From positions 186,001-250,000 of the forward strand of contig JASANG010000957.1 of assembly GCA_030248215.1 (NCBI GenBank): a DNA stretch of 64,000 bases, in the 5' to 3' direction. The notes beneath the pieces are model-generated. The model was not told the DNA's origin. It did not search any database and saw nothing but the letters and a program-made list of their open reading frames with translations. A program made the position numbers and the translations under genes. Origin of the DNA: Enoplolaimus lenunculus (taxonomy: Eukaryota). Every line of letters starts with the position of its first letter. The first letter of the stretch is position 1. Positions 40,526 through 53,322 of this stretch are shown here, one piece after another.

Positions 40526-40778
40526 CACTCTCAATTCCAGTGAGTTGATAAATCAACTCAGAGAGAATTAGTTATTTTTGGTCATTTCTGAGTTGATAGC
40601 ACTAAATATTAACTCACTCTGGATTCATTTAATTCCGGGCGTATTGATTAATTGACTCAGAGTGAGTTAAACCAATTCAGAATTCTGAGTTCTGAAAGAG
40701 ATTTAAAATTCAGAGCTTAGGTGTCTTAGTGGATTCAACTCATTCTGAGTTAAAATCAACTCACTGCAATTTACAGTG
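40526..40778. mobile_element. CACTG-terminal AACTC/GAGTT-rich MITE family 1 (also ~430-673, 1109-1360, 12723-12963, 24263-24486, 24595-24741, 26100-26278, 27014-27247, 35905-36100, 39977-40233, 54448-54598)
   Basis: Consensus TIR CACTGTAAATT(C/T)CAGTGAGTTGATT; dense internal AACTC/GAGTT motifs; often TA-flanked (CACTA/CMC-like). Confidence 0.8.
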
Positions 40779-42112
40779 TAAACTAAACCTGAGCTCAAGC
40801 CTATGCATAAGCCTTAGCCTAAATTTTAACTTAGTCGCAAAGCGGTTTCTAGCTAAATGAATAATATCTCGTTGATAAATTTGACTCAGTTTTTGTTGTC
40901 CCGAAACGCCTATTTCGATGAGAGTCAGTATGACTCACCATTTTTTGCAGTGTATTAAAACACAAACGTGCCTTATGTGAAATTTAACGACTCTTTCAAT
41001 ACGGCACCAGAATCAATATATTGGTTGTGTTCAACAGCGAACATAGGCCCTCATTTCGGGAGATGATAAAACAGGTCTAAAAATAGTTCCGAACGAGGGC
41101 CAATGTAAAGAACAGGGCTGGAACAGTAAAGCATATTCCTAAGCCTAAGCCTAAGCCTAAGCCTAAACCAAGCGAAAAAAATAATCTAAAGCTTAAGCTT
41201 ACTCTACTGTCGTCCCAGAGAAAAACGTTCCACCCCTGATTTTTACTCGGGCTTGGGACGACTAACGTAGCGAGCGAGAAAAATTTCTACCTCTGCAGTC
41301 TACAGCTTGTAAAACTGGCTTTATTTAGTATTTCTACAAATTCCGGTGAGATATATCCCTCTATCCTGTAGTATACGGTATACGCACCTGGGTATGTGTT
41401 TTTTCAAAGACAGGCCGTATTCTATTTTGTCGGCGCCTGCCATGACATATGTGTGCTTTTTGAAACCAAATATGGTTTGGTTCTTTTTAATGAAGTCAAA
41501 CCATATGCGTCGCGTAATGATCTCAATAGGAACCTAATATGAAACGAAATATGGCCAGTTTTTTTTTCGGGTAAAAATAGGAACCGGCTATAGATGTTTT
41601 GTTTTGCCAGTCACCCGTAGCCAGAATTTTGAATTGCGAGGAGTCTTGCGCAGGGTTTGCTCGATATTCGCGAGTACCTGCGGGTAAACAGGAGGCCGAG
41701 TATTAAGTCTAAGCCTGTGCGTGAGCATAAGCGTAAGAATGAGTACATTCCTTAGCCTAAGCCTAAGCCTAAGCCAAGCAAAAAATGGTTTAAAGCTTAA
41801 GCTTTACTCTATTCTAGTGTCGCAGAAAAACGTTCCGCCCCTGATCTTTACATGGGCCACAAACACAATAGGTTTAACTGTATAAGCCTGATGTTTTGTT
41901 GTTTTACGTATTATATAGGATAACGGTCAGTTCCATGTATCTGGATCGAACTGAATGGACTGCATATGACTCAGGTAGCAAATCGACTTCCGTACCCTGT
42001 AGAATTTTTGTCAGAGGTTCCGGCAATTTTTAGTACTGGCTTTTTTCGTAATATGTAACTATCAAACAATTTGTTAAAGTTTGAAACTGAAATCTTTTAA
42101 AAAGACGCTTAT

Positions 42113-42375
42113 CCCCTTCTCACATGGAGTTGCCTATAGGCAACTCAGCGCACTGTATTTACGTTAAATATTATATATCGCACCGTGTTTAACAATTGCA
42201 ACACGTATACATAGTACTAAATCAGCACAAGACGTGAGAGCCCCCTCGGGCTCGAGCGTCAAGCTCCTATAGCTGAGTGGTGATGGTATACGCCTCCCAC
42301 TCCAGTCACTGGAATTCGAACCCTAGCATAAAAGTAGGTCTCAGGGGAAATAGAAAATATTCATGTGAGAAAGGG
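42113..42375 (+). mobile_element. piggyBac-type tRNA-like MITE
   Basis: CCCCTTCTCACA...TGTGAGAAAGGG-TTAA; box A TAGCTGAGTGG, box B GAATTCGAACC. Confidence 0.82.
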
Positions 42376-42545
42376 TTAAAGGGTAACTTTTCAGCAACAC
42401 TGCGGAAAATATCTGTAAATTCACTATGTGTTACATATTTTCAATCGGTGCCATTTGGTCTCACGGCGAATTCTGGTTCCGGTTTGCGTTAAATTTGTTG
42501 ACAATCGGCAACGGTATTTTGTTTATAGATTGAATTATTGCACAC

Positions 42546-42746
42546 GGCCCATGTACAGATCAGGGGCGGAACGTTTTTCTGTGGGACTATAAAAGAGTAT
42601 GCTTAAGCTTTAGACTGTTTTTTGTTTGGCTTAGGCTTAGGCTTTAGGCTAAGGAATATGCTCATCCTTACGCTTAGGCTTAGGTTTAGGCTTAGGCTTT
42701 AGGAACATGATTATAATACTGTTCCGCCCCGGGTCTTTATATTGAC
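42546..42746 (+). mobile_element. Telomeric-repeat MITE family A
   Basis: Both TIRs and internal telomeric units. Confidence 0.8.
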
Positions 42747-43467
42747 CCAGTACACTAAGGTCAAACTATCATGTATAATATCGATATCAGGGTAGAGATG
42801 TGATGGAACTGTTTAAATTGGACTCGGTTTGCCACAAAGGTTTGGTCCTTTGGCCCTTGCATTGGGACGGGTGTCCTGGTAACAAAATCCGTCTTACGCG
42901 TCTGTGTTTTTATATGATTTAGCCAGCACCGCAAGAGTTGATCTAAAACTGTAGTTCAACTTTCTTTAATTCAGTTACACGCTGGTTGGGTTTTATATAT
43001 ATTGTGTTGGTTGATACAGTCTGCTAGGTTCGTTTAGGTTAAACATTTAAAACGGTTCAATAAGGATTCACAGAAAGTTTCTGGCGTTTTCGGCCTATAC
43101 GTTTGGGTATAGACGCTGATCGCTGAAACCAGGGCAACTGGTAGAATTGAGTCATATTTAATTTTTCCGAAATAGGCTTTTCGGGACTAAACAAACTGAG
43201 TCGAATTCAACTCTGTTAGAGTCAAATTCGACTCGCCCGAATCGCTGAGTGACTCGAATTTGATTGTGGCGGAGTCGAATAATTTGACTCAATTTTTGTA
43301 GTCACCAAATGCCTATTTCGGAGAGAGTCAATTTGACTCACCATTTTTTTCGCAGTGATAGGCTTAGGTTCAATTTTTAGGCTAATATTCAGGTTTACGC
43401 TTAAACTTAGGCTTGAGTTTACGCTTACACTTAGCATTCAGCCATGCCTCTATACAATTAACATGGG

Positions 43468-43654
43468 CCGGTGTCACGGTATAATTTTGTCCCCGGAAAT
43501 GTATTAAACCAAAGGTTCGGGAAGGATTAATCTGGTGTAAACCAGGGAATTCTTCTGGGTTAATAATTCCGACCAGCACGGTGTGGAAAAATTAGTCTGG
43601 ATAATTGTTCCGTGGGACGAATTAACCTGGGGAAGAATTAAACCGTGACACCGG
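43468..43654. mobile_element. Small TIR element
   Basis: CCGGTGTCACGGT.TAATT ... AATTAAACCGTGACACCGG. Confidence 0.6.
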
Positions 43655-44673
43655 TATTTCAGTATTCCTTGTGAACTGAACGTAAAACATTTGTAAGGTT
43701 GACTTACATTTAACGATAGCTTTGAAGCTGCGTAGAACAGAGCAAAAATGTTTTTGCGGTAATGTACGATCAAGAGTGTATGATACAAGAGTATGCAACT
43801 CTTGGGGTTCAGCATGGTACAAAATGTACCCGGCACGCGTTGCGTATTTGACAGATCGCTCTTAGGGATTGTACCACCTATGCGAACCATGGTACTTTTC
43901 GTATCCGGCATCAAAAATGCTCGGTTTATGGTTTAATTTAGGGATGTTGCAAATGACAACGACCCTCAATCTAAATAAGGGGGTCGGCCAAAAACGCAAC
44001 GTCCGGTGGTAGATTCTGTATTATGCGGAACCCTGAAAACTGCACACTCTTGTAAAGTTAAAAACTTTAGACCAAATGTGAAATAAATTTTTATTAAATA
44101 CGTGACGTTGCTAATTGTTAGTCTTTAATTTGGCCAACTAAAACGTATAGCTATTGTTCAAATGGGCCCATGTAAAGTCCAGGGGCGAAACGTTGTTCTG
44201 TGGGACTGCAATAGAGTAAGCTTAAACTTTAGACTATTTTTTGCTTGAATTTAGGCTTAGGCTTGAAGCCTAAGCCTAACCCAATTTTATTAATACATGA
44301 TGACAATAATAAAAACCGCAAAACATTAATGGTACAAAAATTCACACAACGAGCAAGTATAGGCTCTTGTAGGCTCGGGTAAACCTTTTTCAAAACCCTA
44401 AACCTGAGCCTAAACCTAAGTGTTTGCGGGAAACTGTACAAGGGCCAAAGTTTATGCCGTCATGCTTCAAAAAACAAAACCGCTCGATATACTGTTTACT
44501 ATTGTTCTATGCGAACAATGTGAAATGGATACTTTTCAAAGGACATTAAACTTAAACGAACCGAAACATAATTAATGGTACAGGCGGAAACTGGCCTTTG
44601 AAAGTGAACTATTATTACTATACAAACCTAACATTCATCGAAAGTTCAAAAGTGCTCAATATTGTTTTGAATA

Positions 44674-44676
<3 letters not shown>

Positions 44677-44746
<70 letters not shown>
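44677..44746. repeat. (AT)n microsatellite
   Basis: About 35 perfect dinucleotides. Confidence 0.95.
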
Positions 44747-44748
<2 letters not shown>

Positions 44749-45621
44749 AAAAAATGGTGTCAAATTGATTCTCCTTGAAATAGGCTTTTCCGGACTACAC
44801 AAACTGAATCAAAATTTGACTCCGCCAGAGTCAATTTCGACTCAAAGAATCGCTCAGTGAGTCGAATGCGACTCTGGCGGAGTCGAACTTTGACTAAGTT
44901 TGTGTAGTCCAGAAAAACCTATTTCAGTGAGAGTCAATTTGACTTGCCATTTTTTGCAGCAAATATATAATATAATTTAATATATATTATATATGTATAT
45001 ATAGAGATATATACATTTATATGTTGGATTTAAAATGCATGGTTAATACGCCTCTGAACAAAGTTACTGCATTCTGTGTAAATCTGTTCATGCATTTAAG
45101 CTTGCAATTTTATAGTTAATACGGGCTGGAAATGCTAAGTGAACGGCTTCTAATCTTAATAGCAGATTGGTTTATGGTAACCAGACCTGTAGCCAGCTTA
45201 CCTTGCTTGATGGGGGGTTGAAAATTTTTCAAGAATTTTCGATGACTTACAAACAAGGTTGAAAATTTTATGGGGTGACCGAAATTGTTCCACGGGTTGG
45301 GCTGAAACCCACTACTGACCTTCCTTGGCTACGGGGCCGATGGTAAGTAGTAATCGAAATTCATGCTACTAAAAGTCGACGGTGACTCTTGCAACTTACA
45401 TAAATTCTCATGGCACAAAATATGCCAGCGTGAGTTGCGGTTTCCACTTACCCTACTCTTTTTAGGAGGGACATCTTTCAGGACGCTGTTGCCTCAAAAC
45501 TAAAAACAGACTAAGTAAAAATGCTAAACCAGTAAAATCAGGAGAATTTTTAAATTATACCCCGGTCCCTGTTGCTGTTAATGGATATGAACCTTTCGTT
45601 TGTAGGCAAGAATCGTAGCCA

Positions 45622-45751
45622 CACTGCAAAAAGTGATGAGTCAAATTGACTCTCTCCGAAATAGGTTTTTCCAGACTACACAAACTGAGTGAACATTCGA
45701 CTCCGCTAGTCATATTCGATTCACTGAATTGACTCACCATTTTTTGCAGTG
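45622..45751. mobile_element. CACTG-terminal palindromic MITE family 2 (also 6309-6430, 14273-14480, 40870-40952, 43135-43357, 44744-44960)
   Basis: TIR CACTGCAAAAA(A/G)TG(G/A)TGAGTCAA.TT; long palindromic arms in full copies. Confidence 0.8.
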
Positions 45752-47159
45752 AAATTGCATACACTTGTTTTGCCTATTTTGTTTTTGATTGTACTTACTT
45801 TAACCTTTAAAATTTTGTCAATTTTATAAATAAAATATGTGAAATCTCTTATTATATGATTCGTGTCAGAAATAAAACGCTATTTTAATTGCTTTTTTTG
45901 CGTTTCAAACAGCATCTTTCAAAACGGTTTTTTTGGTAAACTGAACCAGTCTAAAATGCAATCGCTACTTTTAGGAAAATGACTTTTTTAGCGTTTGTCA
46001 AACCGCTAATTTAGCATAAACGCTATTTTTCAACACGCGAAAAGTGCATTTTTTGTCTCGAGTCATTAAGTTTTAAGTCAGCTTTGAAGCTGAGCCTTAA
46101 ACGCATCGTTAACTATAGACTCCATATACCGTCGATGTGGCAAAAATGATTTATGTTTACCCTTTATTTTCGATTTTAAGGGGTGTCCATGTTACTGGTG
46201 GGTCTATAAAAGAGTAGGTTTAGACTCTAGATTACATTTTTTCTGCTTAAGCTTAGGCTTAGCAACTCATTTGTGCAACGATTAGGCTTAGGCTTAGGCT
46301 TAGGAATACGCTTAACCTACTGTTATGCCCGTTAAAGTAATATTAGCCGTCCTGTCTATGCTATGTGTCTCAAACTCCGTATTTGAAGATTGGCTTTCTG
46401 AACCGATCCTTGCAATATTATAGTGGGGGGGGGCTCGAAAAAAAGGAACCATAAAAAGGGGCCAGCACCGGCAAAACCACCAAAATATCTATTTTGGCGA
46501 AGTGTTAATGATTGAAGCAATACGTCTACGGACCGAAAACGAATTTGGACGCAGGGGACCTGCTTCCTGTGTTCCCCTCTCGGTACGAATCTGTTATAAA
46601 CTAAGAATAATAGGCACATTACGTATGCCTTCGAATAGTTGCGTAATTATTATTAAGCGAAGCGAAACTTTGATTGAAGTTTTGCGAATCAGGTTTATGT
46701 TTTGTACTCGTGGGTCGAAAGATTAACGTCTGTCCGTCAGACGAGCATCTCAATTGCCGCACTGTGGATTTTGATTAACTTTTTTTGTTTGAAAGCTTTG
46801 CTGGTCGGGTTTTTGGTATCCTAATATGCTTGTAGCATGCAAAACCTATACTACTAACAGTGAAATAACAAATTTTGAAATAGGAGGCTGAGACAGATAT
46901 AATAGCGAAAAAAATTCACGAGCGAAGCGAGCATGAAGATGAACGCCACTTTAGTGCTAAATATTAATACAAAATCTCAGCTTTGGATTAACGTGGGATG
47001 TAGTGCCACGGGACGCCTCTTCGATCCGCTAGGGCACTAAATTTGGTCCGAGGTTTTACCGGTACCACAAAATGTATTCCGTTAATCTTTTATGGCAGTA
47101 AGAATTACGGTTTTGAACTATATATGCATATTTATATGTAAGAAAATAATTAGTTTTTG

Positions 47160-47183
47160 CTGTTGTTTTAGCTGTTGTTATTA

Positions 47184-47224
<41 letters not shown>

Positions 47225-47326
47225 GTTATACTTATTATTATTATTAGTATTAGTATTAGTATAATTATTAATAATATTATTATTATAGTTTTATTATTAT
47301 TATTATTGTTGTTGTTGTTGTTGTTG
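47160..47326. repeat. (ATT)n/(GTT)n compound microsatellite
   Basis: Direct inspection. Confidence 0.9.
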
Positions 47327-50187
47327 CCAAAACATCTATACTTGTTTTTTTTTTTTCGTTTTTTAATGTATGCCATATCTCTTGTTTTCAGACCATAACT
47401 TCATTTGCTGTATTTTTAAATTTTTCCAAGCAAGCTAACACATTTTTGGGCGAGACCAAAAGATAATATTAGCTAATCTAAATCATAAGTTTGGCCTTAA
47501 TTAGGAAGTTTAATCGATATTCTTCACCTATTATCAGTTGGTGTGAAAGGTCCTGTAACTTTTAAACCAGTGAATGCTGAGGTTTTCAAAATTCAGCACA
47601 TATTTCCGCATATGATTTGCTCTACTCATGTACTAATATACAACAACAGTAATAGTTAGTGAGTTTGTAAACGTATTACTAACTGATGATAGTTGCTATA
47701 CACATTTGAGAAATAAAATACCAAATAAAACTTTAAACTGATTTACCGAAACAACAAAAATACCGTACTGAAGCTCGCACAGAATATTCGGGTTCTAATC
47801 TTTTTTCTTGAATTATTCCTTTGACTATTAAACTGGTTACGAACCTGGCAAAATGGCGTGGGTGTCTGGCAAATTATTGAAATGCAATTTGGCATCATCG
47901 CCACTGTACCATATGAACCAATTTTTAGAAATTAATTCATTGAAATCTTGAACGCCCCGCATCATCCGGTTGCTGGAAAAATTCTCATAAGACAGCAAAC
48001 GCTCTTTGAGAAAGTCATAAAGTTAGAAAATGTTCAAAAATCACACGACTAACTGCAGACCGTTGTGACAATGTAAAAAACAGGGACGGAACAGTATTAT
48101 AAGCATATTCCTAGGCGTAAGCCTAAGCCTAAGCCTAAGCCAAAGCCAAACAAAAAAATTAGTCCAAAACTTAAGAGTTTATTTTGGCCTGGGGTCATTT
48201 ATGCGCTAGAATTAGGAATAATAGACATTTATGGATTCTAATTACAGTTTAGGGACTATCCGCTTACGGACTCTTATTAGGAAGACGGACTCCAATTGAT
48301 TGGTACTCAAAATGGAGACCCCCCCCCGCTTATTATGCCCACTCTCTTATTCGGGTCACTACAGTATACATGATCCCCTATTGAATGTTGTGCACTTCTG
48401 CTATTAATAGTTCACTAACGTTAAGTTTAATGAATGTTTGGTTGTGTAAACCAAAATTAAATTTAAATTATATTTTCCAGTCAGAAATTTATGATAAACC
48501 GGAATTTTATAATTAAATATGCGTTTGATGTACAGTCAGAGTCTCGTCTGAAATGAGTGTAAATAAGTGGACCGGATATTGGTGTCAGACCGGATGCTAT
48601 TTAGAACTAAATACCGGACATTAAGCATAACAAAGAGTATAAACGGATAGCGAAAATACCGGAAACGGATATTAATCAAATAGCGGAAAACGACACAAAA
48701 ATTGAAATGTTAAAGTAGTTTTATGTTTGCGCTGCTACGGACAAATTTTACGGATTTCCAAAATTTCGGATGCGAAAGTTGTAAAAGGATCAATGAAAGA
48801 AACATATCTTTAATGTGTTTTTGCTGCCTTTGGACCCGAGTCCAAGGTCCGTATTCTCAAATGCATGTAGCACCTATTAACAGTTAGTGATAGCTTTTCA
48901 AACTAACACACTCCTGCCAGTGCGAACCTCAAAAATTTACGCAAAAGTAGGCAGAGACGTCCATAAAAAATTATGTTTGGGGGGCACCGAATAATTTTAG
49001 GGCGCCCCTACAATAGCAGCTCATTTTTGTTTACTTTTAAACAGAGTCAATTGGGGGGAGCAACAGCCAAATTTGAGTGGAGAACACGGCCCCAATGCCC
49101 CGTGGAGACGCCCGTGGAAGTAGGGCGAACCAAATATGGAAAATGTGCTCAATGTCGAAACTCAACATTTGCTGGACTGACACAGAATAGAACAATGGGT
49201 TTATTTGTCAGCCGGCGGGTGAAAGCCGGTTTAAGACCTTCATCAACATATTAATATTTAATTATATGTAATATACATATATACATATATGTAATATACA
49301 TATATACATATATGTATATAATGTAGCATTATAAATATATTTTATATTGTATATACATATATACCAGGCTGCGACCGGATACCAAAAACTGACAGTGCCG
49401 GAGCCGGATCCGGATAATCTAATATGCGGCCGGAGAGTGAGCCGGATAGCCGGAGACGGAGCCGGACCAGAGACGGATATTGAATTCAAGTCTAATACTA
49501 GATTGCATTCAAATATCAGAACGTAGCTTACAATTTTTGCTTCCGTGGCTTAAGGTACCCAAAGTGTTTACGTGAGTCAAAGTTTAACATCTAAACTCCG
49601 ATGCAATTTTACCACTTAAAACAACGACCGTATTGTACTATTCTACGTTTTGTAGCGTTTCGTTCAGCTGCAATATTTGTTTGGACCATATTACCATTAA
49701 GAATATCCTGTTTTTTTGGTACATCAAATAGAGGTGGCTTAGTATCAGGGAAGGGACTTAAGTATTTTGAACGCTAAAATTTAATCTTAGGGTTAGGAAT
49801 TGGAATCCGCTGAAATACTGTTATGCCCTTAAAATATCACTGGTCATCCATCAGAGTTTCCAGCGTTACTGTAACCTAATAAAAATTGTGATCGAACACG
49901 GACACATGTAAACCTTTACATTATCTGTATGACGTAAAAAATATGTAAAAGTAAAGTCAATCAGTTCCACGATATGTTGGCATAAATACAAATGATGGTT
50001 TCACTTTTTTGAAATTATAAAAAATATCAAAAATATCCAGAAAGTTAAAATACTGTATCCGGAGCCGGATATCCGGTATCCGGTCGCACCCTGATATATA
50101 CATATACATATATAATGTTGTAGCATTAAATATAATATTTTGCATTAATGTGTCTAAATTAGTTCGAGTACTGCCGTTGCTCATAAT

Positions 50188-50487
50188 CGTCCAATGTAAA
50201 GAACAGGGGCAGAACGGTATTAAAAGCCTATTCCTAAGCCTAAGCCTAAGTCTAAGCCTAAGCCTAAACGTAAGAATGAGCATATTCTTAAGCCTAAGCC
50301 TAAGCCTAAGCCTAAACGTAAGAATGAGCATATTCTTAAGCCTAAGCTTAAACCTAAGCCTAAACGTAAGAATGAGCATATTCCAACGCCTAACGCTAAG
50401 GCAAGCACTAAAGTTACTCTAAAGTTTAAGCTTTACTCTATTGCAGTCCCACAGAAAAACGGTTCCGCCCCTGATCTTTACATGCGG
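50188..50487 (-). mobile_element. Telomeric-repeat MITE family A with triplicated internal unit
   Basis: Both TIRs; three copies of (GCCTAA)n-ACGTAAGAATGAGCATATTC. Confidence 0.82.
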
Positions 50488-50774
50488 CTCATGTTCACTG
50501 ATTAACTTTATTCCAATTCGTTTCTCCCGTACCGTTGTGGACTCGGCGTTTGTGGTGTCTATTCCATAGACCTGTTGCCTGTTTTATGGATTCCTCAGAG
50601 TGTGGTCGGTAAGCTATTTGGCCGATATTAAAAATATTAAAGCTAAAATATCTTCTTTTCGTATTGAATTTATTTTATTATTTGTCGACCAGAACGGTCT
50701 CAATAACTGACACAAATAAACACGGTTTGGTTAAACCAGACGGGAGCCAGAAGGATCAGCTGTTTTAGAAAACT

Positions 50775-50973
50775 GGCCAATGTTACATTAAGAGGCGTAA
50801 CAACATATTAATCGTATTCCTTAGCCTAAGCCTAAGCTTAAGCGTTGCAAAAAATGTGTTCCTAAGCCTAAGCGTAAGCCTTTGCCTAAGCAAAAAATTG
50901 TAATCTAGAAATTAAACCCACTTATTTTGTAGACCCACCAGAAACCTTTACGTTCCTTAAAGTAACTTGGGCC
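50775..50973 (-). mobile_element. Telomeric-repeat MITE family C (also 39371-39566, 39796-39975, 46178-46348; partials 264-360, 16925-17052, 38820-38965)
   Basis: TIR GGCCAATGTTAC(A/T)TTAAG.GGCGT / CCTTAAAGTAACTTGGGCC; flanks AGAAAACT/GCAAAACT; internal CCTAAG repeats. Confidence 0.8.
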
Positions 50974-52070
50974 GCAAAACTCATTACAACCTATGAAATT
51001 GGGCTGTTTTTTTGGTTAGTGGGCGCCAGCCAGCGTTTGGCCGAAGATGGTTGGTATTTTTGGGTACCAAGGTTCCTGCATTGGGACTACGGAAATTTTG
51101 TGTCACAAAGTTCAAGAAGTTATATGCCCTGTTTGATGCGGTTTGTAGAGCTGAGTCGAATGGGGTCAAGGTTATTGCTGTCTGACCACTACCGAGTTAA
51201 CTGATTCGATGCTATCAGGGTGCAACCGGAGGTGAAAAATCCCGGAGCCGAGGGTCAACGAAACTTGGCAGAGGCAGACCCCCGGTTGTACCCTGCTGGC
51301 TATGGATCTGATAACCTTTTATACAAAAATATTTGTTTTTGTGTGTTTATTTTTGCGTTTAGATTTAAAAGTTTATAAGTATTAAAATGACACAGAGAAA
51401 CATACTAAGTGAAAATAGACTTTGATGTGATATTTCACAGAAAAGGTGTACCCTCAGATAAAAACAAACATATGGTGAATATATTAAGTTACTGCATTGT
51501 GCAAACACGGTTTATGTCCACTTTAGGCAGAGTTAACCGGATGTTAGCATTTCGCTGTGACAATTTTTGACTTCCGGTTCTTATTTTTGTATATTCCGGG
51601 GGGGGGGGGGTAAGTGATATACAAAAATAGCATTTTAAGCATTAATTTTATAAATCATTTTGCCAAATCGACGATTTTGTACACTTCCCCCCATATTTCA
51701 GGTTTAGGCTTAGGGTCAGTCTTATGCCTAGGGTCAGTCTTATGCCTAGGCTCATGCTTTGGCAAGGTTAAGGATAAAGAAGTGTAGAAAATCATTTTAC
51801 GAAACCTAAGTCTATTAAAAGCTTAAGCCTGAGTCTTAGCCTGTTGATGAAATGTAGCAAAAACCCAAATCATTTCACTATTGCAAGGTGCTTTCTAAAA
51901 TCCTAAACTTAAATTATAGCTTAACTAAACTGGATTATTAATTAAAGCAAATCTTAAAATGGTTCGACGGACTAACTAAACTACAATTTAAAGTTTTACT
52001 TAAATTAACATTTTTTTAAGTTTAACACAAGTTTAAATATTAATCTTATTTCTTGTTTTAGTAACAAGTA

Positions 52071-52228
52071 CGGGCCTGTAGCCAAAGGGGGCCAGGAGGG
52101 GCTCAGCGCCCCCTGGTAGTTTTTGGGCCCACTTTTCAACCTTGCTTGTAACTCATTGAAAACCCTTGAATACCCCTCTTGAAAATTTTTTAGCTCCTCC
52201 CCAGCAAGGAGAGCTGGCTACGGGACTG
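52071..52228. mobile_element. hAT-like MITE (C.GGCCCGTAGCC family); relatives near 8650-8815, 20580-20732, 45182-45340, 53900-54045, 57126-57288
   Basis: GGGCCTGTAGCC...GGCTACGGGACTG termini; flanks AACAAGTA/GACAAGTA. Confidence 0.72.
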
Positions 52229-52878
52229 GACAAGTACCGCCCAAAAGTTGTATATCTAAGAATGCGTCAAGTTTAGCTTAAACCTAAAATATGTAAAATT
52301 TCAAATGAATTTAAAAGTGTAAACTTACCTGTTAGTTTAGTTAATATAGAAGGTTAGTTTAATGCTGCTAGATTAGTTTAAGCTTAAATCAAGTTAGTTT
52401 AACCTTTTACAGAGTATCACATGACAATTCATGTTGATTGTGCGATAAGCAATGCTTAATTTAACGGTATTAAACCATGTGACCTTGCTACAAACTGTGT
52501 TTTGATGCATGCAAAGCCTATTCAATACAAGGTTTTGCCATTTAGCAAATCATAATCCTAAGTAGATTAAGCTATAGATTTACTGGAAGCATTCCATAGA
52601 CTATAAGACCGGGTCGTAGTCAACATTTCATTTTGAGATTCGCTAAAAGTCGTAATCTCGAACGAGCGTAGCGAACCTGAAAATTATTGGACCTATGTAA
52701 GTAATTCTACATCCTGTAAAAATACCTTATATTGAGTTTCCCTGCAAATTTCAGGGGATATGCCCATTTCTCGTGTAGACGTCCCTGTATAAAGATATCC
52801 ATGGGTCAGTGACAGTAACACGTGGCAGAGATTTTGCTTTAATCCTTAAAAGCGTAAAATATTTGCATGTATTTTCTA

Positions 52879-53322
52879 CTGTATTGACCCGAATAAGAGG
52901 GTGCGTAATAAGAAGGGGCGGTTTTCATTTTGAGTCTGAATCAATAGAAGTCCGTATCCCTAATAAGAGTCCGTAAGCGGATAGAGTCCCTAAACCCTAG
53001 AGTCCATGAAGGTCAGTTATTCCTAACTGGAGTGCATAAATGACTCCAGGACCACATAATATTGAGTTCGAATCTTTAACGCGTACTTAAATTTTGAAAG
53101 TACATTCCTAAGTATAACCTTGCATGATCGCTCAAGCTACTGGCGCAAGACAAATAATCGTTTTATTCAACGGATAGTTGCTATACGGATTATATATCAG
53201 TAAAGAAGGGTGGCGGGGCGTGGGTTAAAAATAAATAACAGTCCGTAACCGAATAACAAGGAGGGGTACCTTTTGGAGAGGCCAAATAAATATCAGTCCC
53301 CCTCTTATTCGGGTCACTACAG
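52879..53322. mobile_element. TA-flanked MITE (Tc1/mariner-pogo class)
   Basis: TA-CTGTA.TGACCCGAATAAGAG...CTCTTATTCGGGTCA.TACAG-TA. Relatives at 1-263, 4112-4850, 26321-26529, 35485-35890, 48180-48364. Confidence 0.85.

Noticed and set aside
47056..47376. Poly-Ile/Asn hydrophobic ORF
   Set aside because: Trinucleotide microsatellite artefact.
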